Numbered from the stretch's first letter, positions 13,440-26,897 are shown. The stretch: 64,000 nt of DNA from Eledone cirrhosa (GCA_964016885.1 OZ024742.1:118482001-118546000), one strand, 5' to 3'. Numbers and translations are program-made. Notes: generated by a model from the letters alone, not told the origin.

Positions 13440-15052
13440 AAGAAAGAAGATTAACATGGTTGGCTGTACAATAAGGGCTTTATTCACAGTGCTGACAATT
13501 GTTTCTTTGATCTGGTAGGTGTAGAGCTCGCTAATCGCTTGATGTTGCGTCAATCGATCTCCAATACTTTGTTTATAACCAGTCAATTCATCAGAGCGTG
13601 CGGATATGAGGATAATACGCAAGGCATGGGTTTTATAGAGGAGTGGTATTAGACCAGAACAATAATATCAATAACAAAATAACTAGATACTGAATAGTTA
13701 AAATAATAACATCAATATAAGTAAAAAATAGAGTATAATGATAAAACTAACATGGTAAACGAACTGATATGATACAGATGTATGAAATTGACATGTGAAA
13801 ACTACTATAGGGTACATTAGATGTAGTATTTGAGGGATGAAGGGATAACTAATAAAATGTACTTAGAGGCAGATTTTGGAGTCTACACTTTAAGTGCAAT
13901 TATGAGGGATCTAGATACATTTGTGATGTGGGTCTAGAAGCACGCTAGCAATAAACCGGAGATTGATTTATGGTTTGACGGATAAGTATTTTCGTTGTAT
14001 CAACTTAGTGAGATTGATAGAGTGAGTGTATAGAGATATATGGTTCTTAGGTGGTATTAAGTGAAATTGTAGATTCAGTATTTTAAGGTTTAGGTGGCCT
14101 ATTCTAAATGTTGGGATTGCTATTTCGAATCATGGGGGTTTAGTTTTCACAACATCAATAACAAATAGCGTATATTTAAGACAATGACATCAACAATAAA
14201 ATATGCATGGCAAATAGATAGAGAACATGATGAATAAAATTAGGAATAGGGTACATTGAGATTATCATAATAATAATAAGAAAAAAATAAGAGTTTCAAG
14301 GAGTGTAAGAGTAATAAGATAATGTACTTAGAATTAAGTTCATCTGTTAGAGATCATGGGTGCTAATATGAGATATGTAGATATAATTGTTCGGTCCGAA
14401 AGAATAAACAACAGCAAAGACGAGATTGATTTATGGGATGACAAGATAATTGGGAGATGTTTGTAGACATTCCTGCGCCATCTTGGTGGTATAGATGTAG
14501 GGAAGCTGGAACGTGTTTATAGAGGTTTATGGTTCTGAAGTGGGCTGTGTGAGAATGCGGATTTCATACGTTAAATTTTAAGTGATTTTCCATTAATTTT
14601 GGGGATGCTGGTTCGAATCACGGTGGTTTAAATCTCGTGAATTTAGTAGCAGTCCTATGTCTGCAGAAAATTGACTTTTCTATTTTGCTGTTAAATAGCA
14701 TTTTATCGTACCTTAAGATATGTAGCAATTCAAGGTTGCAGAGCCCGCAATGGGACATGCGGCTGCTATAGGCCTTTGCGGCCGCTAATTTCGACCAGCT
14801 AATATTGTAATCAATGTTTTTGTCCTTAAGTTGCCAGATTTTATTGGCGAGGGTTGTAGAATTCACCAGTGCACGGTTCTTCATTGAATGTCTGTTTACA
14901 TACCACCTTTTTTTAAAAAACACCCGCGGTGGATCCAATGTAGTGTCAGGTGGAGTTGCCCGAGTTTACAGTACACATGTACACTCAGCTAGAATCTAGG
15001 GACTATATATATATAGTGAAAGAGTGAAGAACAACATGGTCGGCTGTACAAT
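13436..15052 (-). mobile_element. 5'-truncated Penelope-like element (GIY-YIG end, 3' UTR, HHR-bearing terminal repeat)
   Basis: Minus strand VYMCTVNSGNST*HYIGSTAG then, after a frameshift, KKRWY...TTLANKIWQLKDKNIDYNISWS...CGLCNLE...CRH; short direct repeat ACATGG(T/C)GGCTGTACAATA at both ends; inserted in TA repeats. Confidence 0.85.
13485..13601 (-). ncRNA. Type I hammerhead ribozyme with enlarged stem II
   Basis: GCT-CTGATGA-ATTGACTGG[~65 nt]CCAGATCAAA-GAAA-CAATTGTC/AGC: canonical core, palindromic stem III ACAATTGT, GUC cleavage triplet. Confidence 0.7.
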
Positions 15053-15211
15053 ATATATATATATATATATATAATATATATATATAATATATATGTATAA
15101 TATATATATATATAATATATATATATATATATAATATATATATATAATATATATATATAAAATATATATATAATATATATATATAATATATATAATATAT
15201 ATATATAATAT

Positions 15212-15350
<139 letters not shown>

Positions 15351-15617
15351 AACGGAAAAAATGAAACGAAATTTCATTTCCCACACTTAGTACGGCTGTT
15401 ACTTAAATATAAGTATGTACACGTACATACATATATGTATACAGACGTACAGTAGTATGTATATATATATATACATATATGCACATATATATATATGTAC
15501 GTATGGATTCACCGAACATTTATTATAATGCTCGGTGTGTTTGTAAACAAACATCCCGTATTAAGCCGTAGTGTCTAGCAACCATCGTTGCTCGTTTGTT
15601 CAACACTGACAAAGGAA

Positions 15618-15658
15618 CGCTGTACTAGTTTCAAGCTTATTAGCTATCGTCAGCAACG
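15618..15658 (-). ncRNA. Minimal type I hammerhead ribozyme
   Basis: CGTTG-CTGACGA-TAGCT AATA AGCTT-GAAA-CTAGTA/CAGCG: stem I CGTTG/CAGCG, palindromic stem III ACTAGT, GUA site. Confidence 0.85.
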
Positions 15659-16031
15659 TGTACCTTCCTGCCAGATAATTGAACGTTTGAAAGTATATAC
15701 TTTCCTTATGCATATTAACGGCTGAGTAGCCCAATTTGCATATCGAGTGGGTTAATCGGCCGGGTGCACTGAAAACGATAAACGGAAAAAATGAAACGAA
15801 ATTTCATTTCCCACTCTTAGTACGGCTGTTACTTAAATATATGTATGTATACGTACATACATATATGTATACAGACGTACAGTAGTATGTATATATATAT
15901 ACATACATGCACATATATATATATATGTACGTATGGATTCACCGAATATTTATTATAATGCTCGGTGTGTTTGTAAACAAATATCCCGTATTAAGCCGTA
16001 GTTGCTCGTTTGTTCAACACTGACAAAGGAA

Positions 16032-16072
16032 TACTGTACTAGTTTCAAGCTTATTAGCTATCGTCAGCAACG
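16032..16072 (-). ncRNA. Minimal type I hammerhead ribozyme, second tandem copy
   Basis: Same core; the stem I 3' arm is CAGTA instead of CAGCG. Confidence 0.8.
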
Positions 16073-16380
16073 TATACCTTCCTGCCAGATGATTGAACGT
16101 CTAAAAGTATATACTTTCCTTATGCATATTAACGGCTGAGTAGCCCAATTTGCATATCGAGTGGGTTAATCGGCCGAGTGCACCGAAAACGATGAACGGA
16201 AAAAATGAAATGAAATGTCATTTCCCACTCTTAGTAACAGCCGTTTCATTTTTTCCGTTTATCGTTTTCGGTACCCCGGCCGATTAACTCACTCGATATG
16301 CAAATTAGGCTGCTCAGCCGTTAATATGCATAAGGAAAGTATATACTTTCAGACGTTCAACTATCTGGCAGGAAGGTATA

Positions 16381-16421
16381 CGTTGCTGACGATAGCTAAT
16401 AAGCTTGAAACTAGTACAGCG
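16381..16421 (+). ncRNA. Minimal type I hammerhead ribozyme, inverted copy
   Basis: CGTTGCTGACGATAGCTAATAAGCTTGAAACTAGTACAGCG. Confidence 0.85.
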
Positions 16422-16677
16422 TTCCTTTGTCAGTGTTGAACAAATGAGCAACGATGGTTGCTAGACACTGTACGGCTTAATTCGGGATGTTTGTTTACAA
16501 ACACACCGAGCATTATAATAAATGTTCGGTGAATCCATACGTACATATATATATATGTGTGCATGTATGTATATATATATATATATACATACTACTGTAC
16601 GTCTGTATACATATATGTATGTACGTATACATACTTATATATATACATGTATATATATATAATATATATATATATAA

Positions 16678-19408
16678 TATCACCTATAGATCAGGGGAGC
16701 ATTCTAGTCAGATAGATTTTATCCCCATCAGAGGACGTGACAGAAGGACGGTCGTAAACACAAAAGCCTTCCCTAGTGAGGAATGTACCTCCCAAAATAG
16801 CTTAGTTGTCAGCGACCTCACAGTCAGAACTAGACGAACCTGGAAACAGAGGCCAACCTGGAGAAGAAAGATCTGGAAGCTGAAAGACCCCTCAGCCAGT
16901 AACAGATTTAAAGATATTTTACTCAACGCCTACGACAGTAAAGAAGAAAAGATAGAGACATTCAATGTAGAAGAGCACTGGGAGTTCCTAAAAAATAACT
17001 TACTAGAGGCGACAGATGAGGTCTGTGGCTGGAGTAAGACCACAAGCAGGAGGAGAGTGACTTGGTGGTGGAACAATAAGGTAGATGAGGCAGTTAAGGC
17101 CAAGAGACAGGCATGGAAAGAATGGAGGAACGGGGAGAGCAGGGTACATTACATAGAGACCAAGAGGGAAGCTAGGCGACAAGTATACTTAGCTAGGAGG
17201 GAAGCAGAGGATAGAAAATTCAAGCATGTTTTGCAACGTGGGGACCAGAAACAGGTGTTCAAGATTGCGAGGCAGTGTGTCAGAGAGAATTGTGATGTCA
17301 TTGGAGAGAAGTGTATCCGGAATGATAAAGGTGAGCTTGCCCTTACAAGTGCTGAGAAGAAAGATACATGGAAGAGTCATTATGATAGATTACTAAATTA
17401 GGAGAATGCATGGGAAGAAGAGACCCTACCCCAAGTAGACCCTATAGAGGGGCCAGCAGTACAAGTCAGCAGCAGCGTAGTAAGTAAGGCAATCAAAGAT
17501 ATGAAGATGGGGAAGGCAACCGGTCGTTCGGGTATAGCTGCCGAGATGCTGAAGGCATCTGGGTCTGTAAGTCACACTATAACCACACGTATTGTTAACC
17601 AGGTAATACTAGAAGGTGTCATACCAAAAGATTGGTGCAGTAGCATCATTGTCAACTGCTACAAAGGTAAAGGTGATGCACTAGATAGAGGAAACTATAG
17701 AGGTATAAAGCTGATGGACCAGGTCATGAAAGTAACAGAAAGAGTTATAGCACAGTTGATTAGGGACAGGGTGAAACTAGATGAGATGCAATTTGGGTTT
17801 GTACCAGGAAGAGGTACCACTGATGCCCTCTTCCTTGTGAGGCAGTTACAGGAAAAGTACCTAGCTAAAAGTAAGCCACTCTACCTGGCATTCGTCGATC
17901 TCGAGAAAGCCTTTGACAGAGAGAGTTCCACGTGCTGTAATCTGGTGGGCTCTTAGAAAACTAGGAGTAGATGAATGGCTTGTGAAAGCTGTACAAGCTA
18001 TGTAAAGGGGAGCAGTCAGGAATTTAGCGTACAGGTTGGGTTCCACCAGGGCTCTGCTCTTAGCCCTCTCCTGTTCATCATAGTCCTGCAGGCAATAACG
18101 GAGGAGTTTAAGACCGGATGCCCACGGGAACTCCTGCATGCTGATGACCTCGCACTTATAGCTGAATCTATGGTAGAACTAGAGAAGAAATTCCAAACTT
18201 GGAAGCAGAGACTATAAAGAAAGGGTCTCAAAGTCAACATGACAAAGACTAAGGTCCTTGTAAGTAGACGAGAAAACAGAACCCAGATCCCCTCAGGGAA
18301 ATGGCCTTGCTCAGTATGTAGGAAAGGTGTAGGTATGAACTCCATTCTCTGCCCCAAATGTAAACAATGAGTACACTAGAGATGTAGTGGGATCTCAGGA
18401 AGCTTAATTAAGAATGTAGGCTTCACATGCAGCAGCTGTACTGGGACAGCAAGCAGCAAACAGCCACAGGAAACAAGTACCACCAATCTCTGGGAGGGCT
18501 CTGTAGATACAGTAGACAGCTTCTGCTACCTAGGTGACCGAATTAGCAGCGGAGGTGGGTGTTCAGAAAGTACAATAACTAGGGTAAGAACAGGATGGAA
18601 GAAGTTCAGGGAACTACTACCACTGCTAGCTGCAAAAGGCTTCTCCCTTAAAATGAAAGGCATACTGTATGATGCGTGTATCCGAACAGCAATGTTACAT
18701 GGTAGTGAGACCTGGGCGCTGAAGGTGGAAGATTTACGTAGATTAGAGAGAAACGAAGCCTGCATGCTGCGATGGAGGTGTAATAGTAATATACGCGAAC
18801 GACAAAGCATAAATGAATTGAGAGAGAGACTGAGCATAAGAGGAATCAAATGCTGTGTGCAGGAGAGGCGGATGCGTTGGTAAAGACATGTGATGCATAT
18901 GAAGGATGACAGCTGCATAAAAAGGTGCAGAGCACTAGAAGTCGATGGAAACCGCGGAGTGGGAAGACCCAAGATGGCCTGGGATGAAGTGATAAAAGAC
19001 AATTTTACCCAATTACACCTCTCAAAGGCGATGACACACGACCGTGACCTCTGCCGTCACGCAATAATACAGAGTACCCGACCTCCCATGGGTACAAGCT
19101 GAAGCATATAGACAATATGCCCCCACACCCTCCTACTGCAAGGTGGTCGTGGAGGTGCCACGGCAAAAAAGCACCCAGCCCACACTGTAAAGTAGACGTG
19201 TAGGCGCCACGAAAAAGCACCCAGCACTCACTGTAAATGAGTTTGGTGTTAGGAAGGGCATCCAGCTGTAGAAATCAAGCCAAATCAGTTCCTGTATGAG
19301 CAAGGCATGGTCAGCCGACCTGACACTGCCCACAACAGGACAACCTGTCTAACCCATGCTAGCGTGGAGGAACGGACGTAAAACGGTGATGTTGATGATG
19401 ATGATGAT
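16678..19408 (+). mobile_element. 5'-truncated RTE-type LINE (APE end, RT, PHD-like finger), disrupted
   Basis: ITYRSGEHSSQIDF (endonuclease end), TWWWN, NYRGIKL, QFGFVPGRGTTDA, FVDLEKAFD, HQGSALSPLLF, LLHADDL, LHGSETW; stops and frameshifts; (GAT)n tail at 19388-19408. Confidence 0.93.
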
Positions 19409-19514
19409 ATAATATATATATAATATATATATTTAATATATATATAGAGAGATAATATATATATAATATATATATATAATATATATATATATATAATATA
19501 TATATAATATATAT

Positions 19515-19563
<49 letters not shown>

Positions 19564-19676
19564 TAAAATATATATATAATATATATATATATAATATAAA
19601 TAAATAAATAGCTTAGAGTTTAGACTCAAAGAGGTCATTTACAATCATTTCAGCTCTAGGAATCGCTTCTGAGCAG

Positions 19677-19975
19677 TATAAATTAATATTTGATGAACAT
19701 TTACATGTTATAGTTGCAATTGACTAATAAGATCGCTAGAGTGAAAAATCTTAATTCTACAACATAAGGTCTGCCTGTACGATTTAGAAAATAATAAATC
19801 AATACTCACAGACTCATATGGGCAAAAAGCCCATATGAGTCTGTGAGTATTGATTTATTATTTTCTAGATCGTACAGGCAGACCTTATGTTGTAGAATTA
19901 AGATTTTTCACTCTAGCGATCTTATTAGTCAATTGCAACTATAACATGTAAATGTTCATCAAATATTAATTTATA
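19677..19975. repeat. Near-perfect 147-bp inverted repeat with 5-nt loop
   Basis: Arms 19677-19823 and 19829-19975, AAAAA loop, one mismatch seen. Confidence 0.95.
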
Positions 19976-20165
19976 TATAATATATATATATAATATATAT
20001 ATATATATAATATATATATAATATATATATAATATATATATAATATATATATAATATATAATATATATATAATATATATATAAATATATATAATATATAT
20101 ATAATATATATATATATAATATATATATATATATATTATATATATAATATATACATATATATAAT

Positions 20166-20218
<53 letters not shown>

Positions 20219-20244
20219 ATATATATAATATATATATATATATA

Positions 20245-20287
<43 letters not shown>

Positions 20288-20565
20288 TAATATATATATA
20301 ATATATATAATATATATATAATATATATAATATATATATAATATATATAATATATATATATATATAATATATATAAAATATATTTAATATATATATATAA
20401 TATATATATAATATATATATATATATAATATATATATATATAATATATATATATATATAATATATATATATATAATATATATATATATAATATATATATA
20501 TATAATATATATATGTAATATATATATAATATATATATATAATATATATATAATATATATATAAC

Positions 20566-20604
<39 letters not shown>

Positions 20605-20819
20605 TATGTAGGAGGTGAGTTTTATTGTAGCACAATAAAGCAATGTAAATATCGGATAAGTAGCACTCTACAGTTTGTAGGACTGGAGTATAAATAATAT
20701 AAGATCAAAAGATGGTTGAAAGAGTTCCAAGTATTTTATCATGCGCATTTCAAAAACAAATATCATCATGAGATGACATCTGCGTTTTCATCAGATAAAA
20801 TAGGGATACATGATATGAA

Positions 20820-21240
20820 GGTGAATCTAAATTATGTTAATTTTAAATCTAACCACCCCACTAACATTAAAAATGCTATAGTTAGTAATATTGGAAAAAG
20901 AATATCAAACCTATCCTCTAATAAAAAATATCTTTGATGCTAACGCCAATTACTATAATAATGCGCTTTCTAAAGCCGGTTATCCTGATGAAATTAAATA
21001 CAGTAAAGAAACCAATCCTAGAAGATCTTACAGTAAAATAATTAATTATGATTATTCCAATAACTTAAATAAAAGACCTAGATACAAAAATATAATCTGG
21101 TATAATGCTCCTTTCTCTATTTCTATTAATAATAATATTCCTAAACTATTCTTTAGGGCCTTAGATAAATGCTTCCCTCCCTCACATATCTATAGTAAAA
21201 TATTTAACAAACATACAATAAAATTTTCCTATTCCACCTC
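20820..21240 (+). mobile_element. Penelope-like RT thumb/linker fragment
   Basis: YVNFKSNHPTNIK...RISNLSSN / YYNNALSKAGY...IIWYNAPFS...FPPSHIYSKIFNKHTIKFSYST; truncated at ~21240. Confidence 0.85.
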
Positions 21241-21337
21241 CGGAGGTAACATCCAGGAATTTAACTCGGGTCAGGTACGTTTGTAGGGTTATTTTAAACC
21301 CCAGTCGCGGAAGAAGCTGATTAATTGTTTACGGACC

Positions 21338-24042
21338 TTTAGCAGTATTTGTTATTAAGTAGTCGTGGTCGCCACTTTAACAGGGTAGATGATTGAAGGT
21401 CGTTAGTTGCCAGTGTGGTAAGTGATAGTATCCTCGTTGGATTATCTTGTTGACATAGACGTGAGGGAAGGTCCCTCGATCTATTTACAATATTCCTTTC
21501 GTCAGGTCGCCAATTACAGCAGCATGGATTATAGATATTATTGAGACACGAGTAATATAATAATGATTTCAACAGCAGTAATTAGAGATGAAATGTATGT
21601 TTATTTTTGATGTAGCACAAACAATGTTTGTTAACTTATATGGTTGAAGTTACAGATAAAAAGAGGTTACAAAAGGGAATGTGCCATTGCGCCGTTAAGC
21701 CGGCGAGGCTAGGGTGCAAGATCTCACCGTTACATTATGCGTGTTGCTGGCTTGAAGTTTCCGGTACAAGAGAGAGATTCTTCAAATCTTCGCGGGGAAT
21801 TTCTTCCTCAGGGCGCGTAGGGATACATCCTCTTCTACTGGCGCTGATTGGCTGAACTGAGCCAAATCACGCATAGGGAATGTATGTGAGCCCGCGGAAT
21901 GTAGGTCACTACAATACCCCCTTTCTAGACGGTAGTCGATACGGATTATTAAATCAGCAAGAACAAATGCCGAAAGAGCACATCAGTGACAAAATAATTG
22001 AGCAGAAGGCTGCATGCAAGAAAAAAAATGAGGCGCTACGGGCCGTGTTGAGCCGCTGTGTCATATGACCAGTTGTTTTGTTGTTTATACGTGACCGCCA
22101 AAGGTCTAACAAAAAACGGATAAAGTCTGACATGGGCGAAGTTGCTGTTCTTGCATTAAATGTCAAGTGCTGCACCAGTAGCTGTGGACGAAGCTATTAT
22201 GGCAGTGCTGGCAAGGAGATGATGGGTAGGCGAGAAAATGTTGGCCTCCCAGATGTATTGCCGAATGTGCTAGGGAGCCAGGAAAAAATGGCTGGTTGCT
22301 TTGTAAAGAAAAAAAAGCAAGTTTAATCTGTAGGTGGGTTGCAGTGTAAATTCCATATTCGGGCGAATCCACAGAAGTGGCCGAAATGCTGACAAGTCCA
22401 GTTCAATTTGTTGCTTTCCCAGCGAGTCGGGCAAAAACAACAAGACGGATGGCCGTCATGGACGATCAGTGGGTAACGAGATGCGAAGCTGTTTGAGTTC
22501 AGCTGCAATTAGTATTCTCGTGTTGCGGTGCCTGTTTGAATCCAGTGGATTAAGCTCTGTGAGCTGCTAGCATGTGACAGCATCTCAACCAGGTGAAAAG
22601 GGACTCGCAGAATATTACGTTTGAAGAACATATACCAAGAACAACATGCTGGTGTGTGATAAAAAAAAATGTGTGCATATGCAGGCATGTAAAACAGCAA
22701 AGAATGTGAATGAACAAAAACCATTAGCAAGCAAATAGCAAAAGAGCACAAAACAAGTAAATGCATTCCACAAAGAAATATGTGAATGTAACAAACTGAT
22801 AATTCAAAGTCAATCTAAGGGAGCAGAGAAATTGCTCAATAAGTTCAAAGTTTTTCAAAGTCAAATAGTTCACACATCACCAGTGTACAGACACTAGTTC
22901 TATCTGAAAACTGAAAAAGAAGTTTGTTAATGCCGTTAGGGGTTAGATGTATGGTGTTTTTTGTGAGTTTTCGTGGCCATTTTACCGTCCTGCCACAAGG
23001 TTGTGTTGCTTATTGTTAAAGCAAAGTCAAAGAATCTTCTGTAGAGTAGCAGTCACCAAACATGGCAGCCACGTCTGACGCCATAATGGTGAGAAAACTA
23101 CTGTCTCAATTTCTCGAGTCCCTGTGGTAACGAGACAGAAGGTATGCTGGTTGCGTCGGTAAAGTTACAAGCCGTTTTGAAATTTCCGATGTGTGGTGGT
23201 TTGCGTCGGTAAGGCTATGAAGCTGCCACTCACTGTTCCCTGTATTGGTCAGTGGTTAAACAACGCTGTCGCTGCTGCTGTCGTTGTCGAGTGTAGTTAG
23301 GACTTGTCGGTAGCCATCTTGAAATTTTTTGAAATACTGCTAATTTTTCAAAAAGATTTTGAAAGGAATATATTGTATTTTCGCAAGTTGCGAAAAAGGT
23401 TGGCAACGTGGCAATAAAAGTTCAACTGAATGAAAAAGAAGGGCTGCGTTAAATTCTTACGTCGGTCACCACTTTAGCAGGGTTCTTTATTGAGTAGTCG
23501 TTACTTTAACAGGGTAGATGATTGAAGGTCGTTAGTTGCCAGTGTGGTAAGTGATAGTATCCTCGTTGGATTATCTTGTTGACATAGACGTGAGGGAAGG
23601 TCCCTCGATCTATTTACAATATTCCTTTCGTCAGGTCGCCAATTCCAGCAGCATGGATTATAGATGTTATTGAGACACGAGTAACATAATAATGATTTCA
23701 ACAGCAGTAATTAGAGATGAAATGTATGTTTATTTTTGATGTAGCACAAACAATGTTTGTTAACTTATATGGTTGAAGTTACAGATAAAAAGAGGTTACA
23801 AAAGGGAATGTGCCATTGCGCCGTTAAGCCGGCGAGGCTAGGGTGCAAGATCTCACCGTTACATTATACGTGTTGCTGGCTTGAAGTTTCCGGTACAAGA
23901 GAGAGATTCTTCAAATCTTCGCGGGGAATTTCTTCCTCAGGGCGCGTAGGGATACATCCTCTTCTACTGGCGCTGATTGGCTGAACTGAGCCAAATCACG
24001 CATAGGGAATGTATGTGAGCCCGCGGAATGTAGGTCACTACA
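21338..24042 (-). mobile_element. Non-autonomous LTR retrotransposon with ~575-bp LTRs
   Basis: LTRs 21338-21913 and 23473-24042 are nearly identical; 4-bp TSD GACC (21334-37 and 24043-46); PBS TGGTGACCGACG (tRNA-Trp-like) next to the 5' LTR; PPT AAAGGGGGTAT; no recognisable gag/pol in the 1.56-kb interior. Confidence 0.9.
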
Positions 24043-24561
24043 GACCCGATCTTTACTACTGGGGTTGTACCCTTTAAGGATAAGGAGCCCATCATCACGG
24101 TACAATCCACCGCCGAATGCAGGAAACAAATCGGTGAGTTTGGCTATTAGGAATAATCCTATAAGATCTGTGACCTCAGCCGAATCCGTCGCGCCCATGC
24201 TGACGTCGAAGGGTGAGTCGGGAGCTCTCTTTATCCATTTGGAGTTGTCGAAGAGTAAGACTGTCTTCCTGGGTGTTACCCTTGACCTCAATAATGATCT
24301 GTACTAACCATACAGGAAACCTAACGACAACCTGCACTACATCCACCGCCGGTCAAACCATCCTAGGAACATCACCAATAACCTGGTTAAAAACATCTCC
24401 CTCCGCATATCTCGTTTGTCAGCTAATGGGCAGATATTAGAGGAACATGCGCCTTGCTACAACCAGGCCCTCAAGCGGAGTGGTTTCCGGGCGGAAATAT
24501 CCTACTGTCCAGCTTCCATTAGCGGAACCAGCAGGCGACACCGCCGCTCACGCAACGTAAC

Positions 24562-25278
24562 ATGGTTCAACACCCCCCCCCCCACACACACACACACACA
24601 CACAACGCCGAGGTGACAACTCCTATCGGGAAAATCTTCTTTAGGCTCATTGAAAAACACTTCCCACTACAACACCGCTACCACAACATAATTAACAAAA
24701 ATACCATCAAACTCTCCTACAGCACCACACCAAACTTTGCACAAAACATCGTCTCCTCTAACAACAAAAAACTCAACCCCCATGGAAGAAATAACCGAAA
24801 TAGCAGTGGAGAGCCGACCAGGAGGTGCAACTGTCCTGATGGATCCATTTTCCCCCTCGACAACAGATGCAGAGATCGTAATGTGATCTACCAGTGCAAC
24901 GTGAGGACGGACACCTCCAACAAAGCCTATATAGGATTAACCGCATGTGACTTCAAGACCCGGCTATACCAACACAGACATACCTTCCGAAACCCGGCCC
25001 GGCGTCACGCCACTACACTTTCGGACCACATATGGGACCTCAAGGATAACAATATTACCTATGATCTCACTTGGAGCTTACTGTCCAGAGCCAACTCTTA
25101 CACGGGAGGACGCCGTCCGTGCAATTTATACTCGGAGGAAACTCTACAAATGCTGTTCTCGACGGACCAACTCCTAAACAAGAAAGATGAACTGGTAACT
25201 GCATGTAAACACCAATTGCGTAGGACTTACCTCGCCCTCAAACCCCATAATGACCGGGGGGGTAGACTATGGCTATAA
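24562..25278 (+). pseudogene. PLE linker plus GIY-YIG endonuclease ORF remnant
   Basis: CNCPDGSIFPLDNRC, VIYQCNV...AYIGLT, RLYQHRHTF, TTLSDHIWDLKD, CKH; frame broken upstream by a C/CA microsatellite. Confidence 0.85.
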
Positions 25279-26403
25279 CACCCCACTTGCCGATTTTGTA
25301 TCGGGTAACCCCTGCTTGCAAAGGTAGACGTAATATCTTCTTCTATATCTTTTTATCACTTCCTCTATATTTCCTTCTTCCCTCCATCCCTCCCTAGTCC
25401 TTCCACCCCAGTCCTCTTTCTTTGTCGTCGTCCTTTTACTTTCTCGCCCACCCGAGGCAGCCCCTCGGTCCCTTGTAGCCTCAGTACCACCACCACCTTC
25501 CCCTAATCTATGATAGATTTGGCCGACGCCGCTTTTTATAGCAGATGTGTTAGACCCCGGATACTAGCCTTCTTATCCGATGGCCGCACCTTTTCCGTGC
25601 TTTCTATATTTCTTAGTGGTATCTTTGCTTTAGTTTCTCGTATATCAGTATTTTTGTGGGGGGGGGGGGTATTCTGAATTAATTTTCCGTATCAAATTTT
25701 ACATATACTTCGTACATTTATGTAGTTTGTACTAGAATTTTTGTAGCGTGGCGGCACCCTTACAGATAGTATTAGTATTCTTTTTCGGGATTCTGAATTA
25801 TTATTTCGTATTAGTTTTTTTTTTTTTTCACTGGGTGGTTGCTGGCCTTGTGCCTGGGGTAGAAACCTTCATTTCGTACTGGTCTCGGGACTCTGATTTA
25901 TTATTTCGTGGTAGTTTCTTTAGTATTTTGCCCCCCCCCCCCCCAATATATTCGGTTGTTTACTTATACCTCTTAAAAGGGCCTATTATAATTCCGTCCC
26001 ACCTAGTAAACCCTTCTTTAGTCTGGCAGTACCAGTGAGAGACTTGATAGCTGTCCTTAGGTTATAGTAACCAGAAATTGTTTTTTTCTTTACAATTAAT
26101 TGTTTTTTAACACTCCCGGTATTTTTCTATATATTTACCCCATATTGTTTTACTTATTGTTTCGACTTCCTCCCCCTCACTCCCCCCCCCCCCATCCCCT
26201 AGTATCTTCTTTAACCTCCTGCCCAGCCGTAGTTGGCACAATCAACGCACAACTCGGTTTCTTCCACCCCCCTCTCCCTCTTTCTTCTACTGGCAGGTTC
26301 AGCTACCCATTCCCTCCACAAATTGCCATGATAGAATTATTATGTATCAACAACAAACTTTTGACCAATCCTTGTGACAATCATTTTTACCATATATGGA
26401 ATT

Positions 26404-26499
26404 ACCCTCTGAGAAGTTCGGCTATTCAAATACCAGGATAAAAATGTTCATTTAGTCCAGAATTAGCCGTCGAAACGGCTTGAGATCAGCCGTCGGGGT
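26404..26499 (+). ncRNA. Type I hammerhead, variant family, copy with C3/A8 mismatch
   Basis: ACCCT-CTGAGAA-GTTCGGCTA...TAGCCGTC-GAAA-CGGCT TGAGATC AGCCG-TC/GGGGT. Confidence 0.55.
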
Positions 26500-26808
26500 C
26501 CTACTCGTTCCTATTACCCACTCTACTACCCTAAGTATTGAGTACTTTGGTGCGTTATGGTCCACCTGGTTCCTTACCACATTTCCTTCGTTATACATGT
26601 ATATATATATATTATATGTATATATATATATTATATGTATATATATTATATATATATATATATATTATATGTATATATATATTATATATATATATATATA
26701 TATACATATAATATATATATATACATATAATATATATATATGCATGTATATATATACATATAATATATATATATATACATATAATATATATATATACATG
26801 TATATATA

Positions 26809-26839
<31 letters not shown>

Positions 26840-26862
26840 CAAATAATATATATATATATATA

Positions 26863-26897
<35 letters not shown>

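Larger units (their letters stand above)
21242..26592 (+). mobile_element. Penelope-like element with inverted 5' RT segment, interrupted by an LTR element
   Basis: Plus strand 24265-25278 encodes the thumb and GIY-YIG (FLGVTLDL, SNHP, TWFN, VIYQC...YIGLT, CNL, CKH). Minus strand 24265-24043 and 21333-21242 encodes FDVSMGA-DSAEV...YRDDGL...KDRV|RKQLISFFRDWGLKIT...KFLDVT. Ends in an HHR-bearing terminal repeat. Confidence 0.9.

Noticed and set aside
21628-22766. Short ORFs in the LTR and interior of the LTR element
   Set aside because: No gag, protease, RT or integrase motifs; lengths are consistent with chance.
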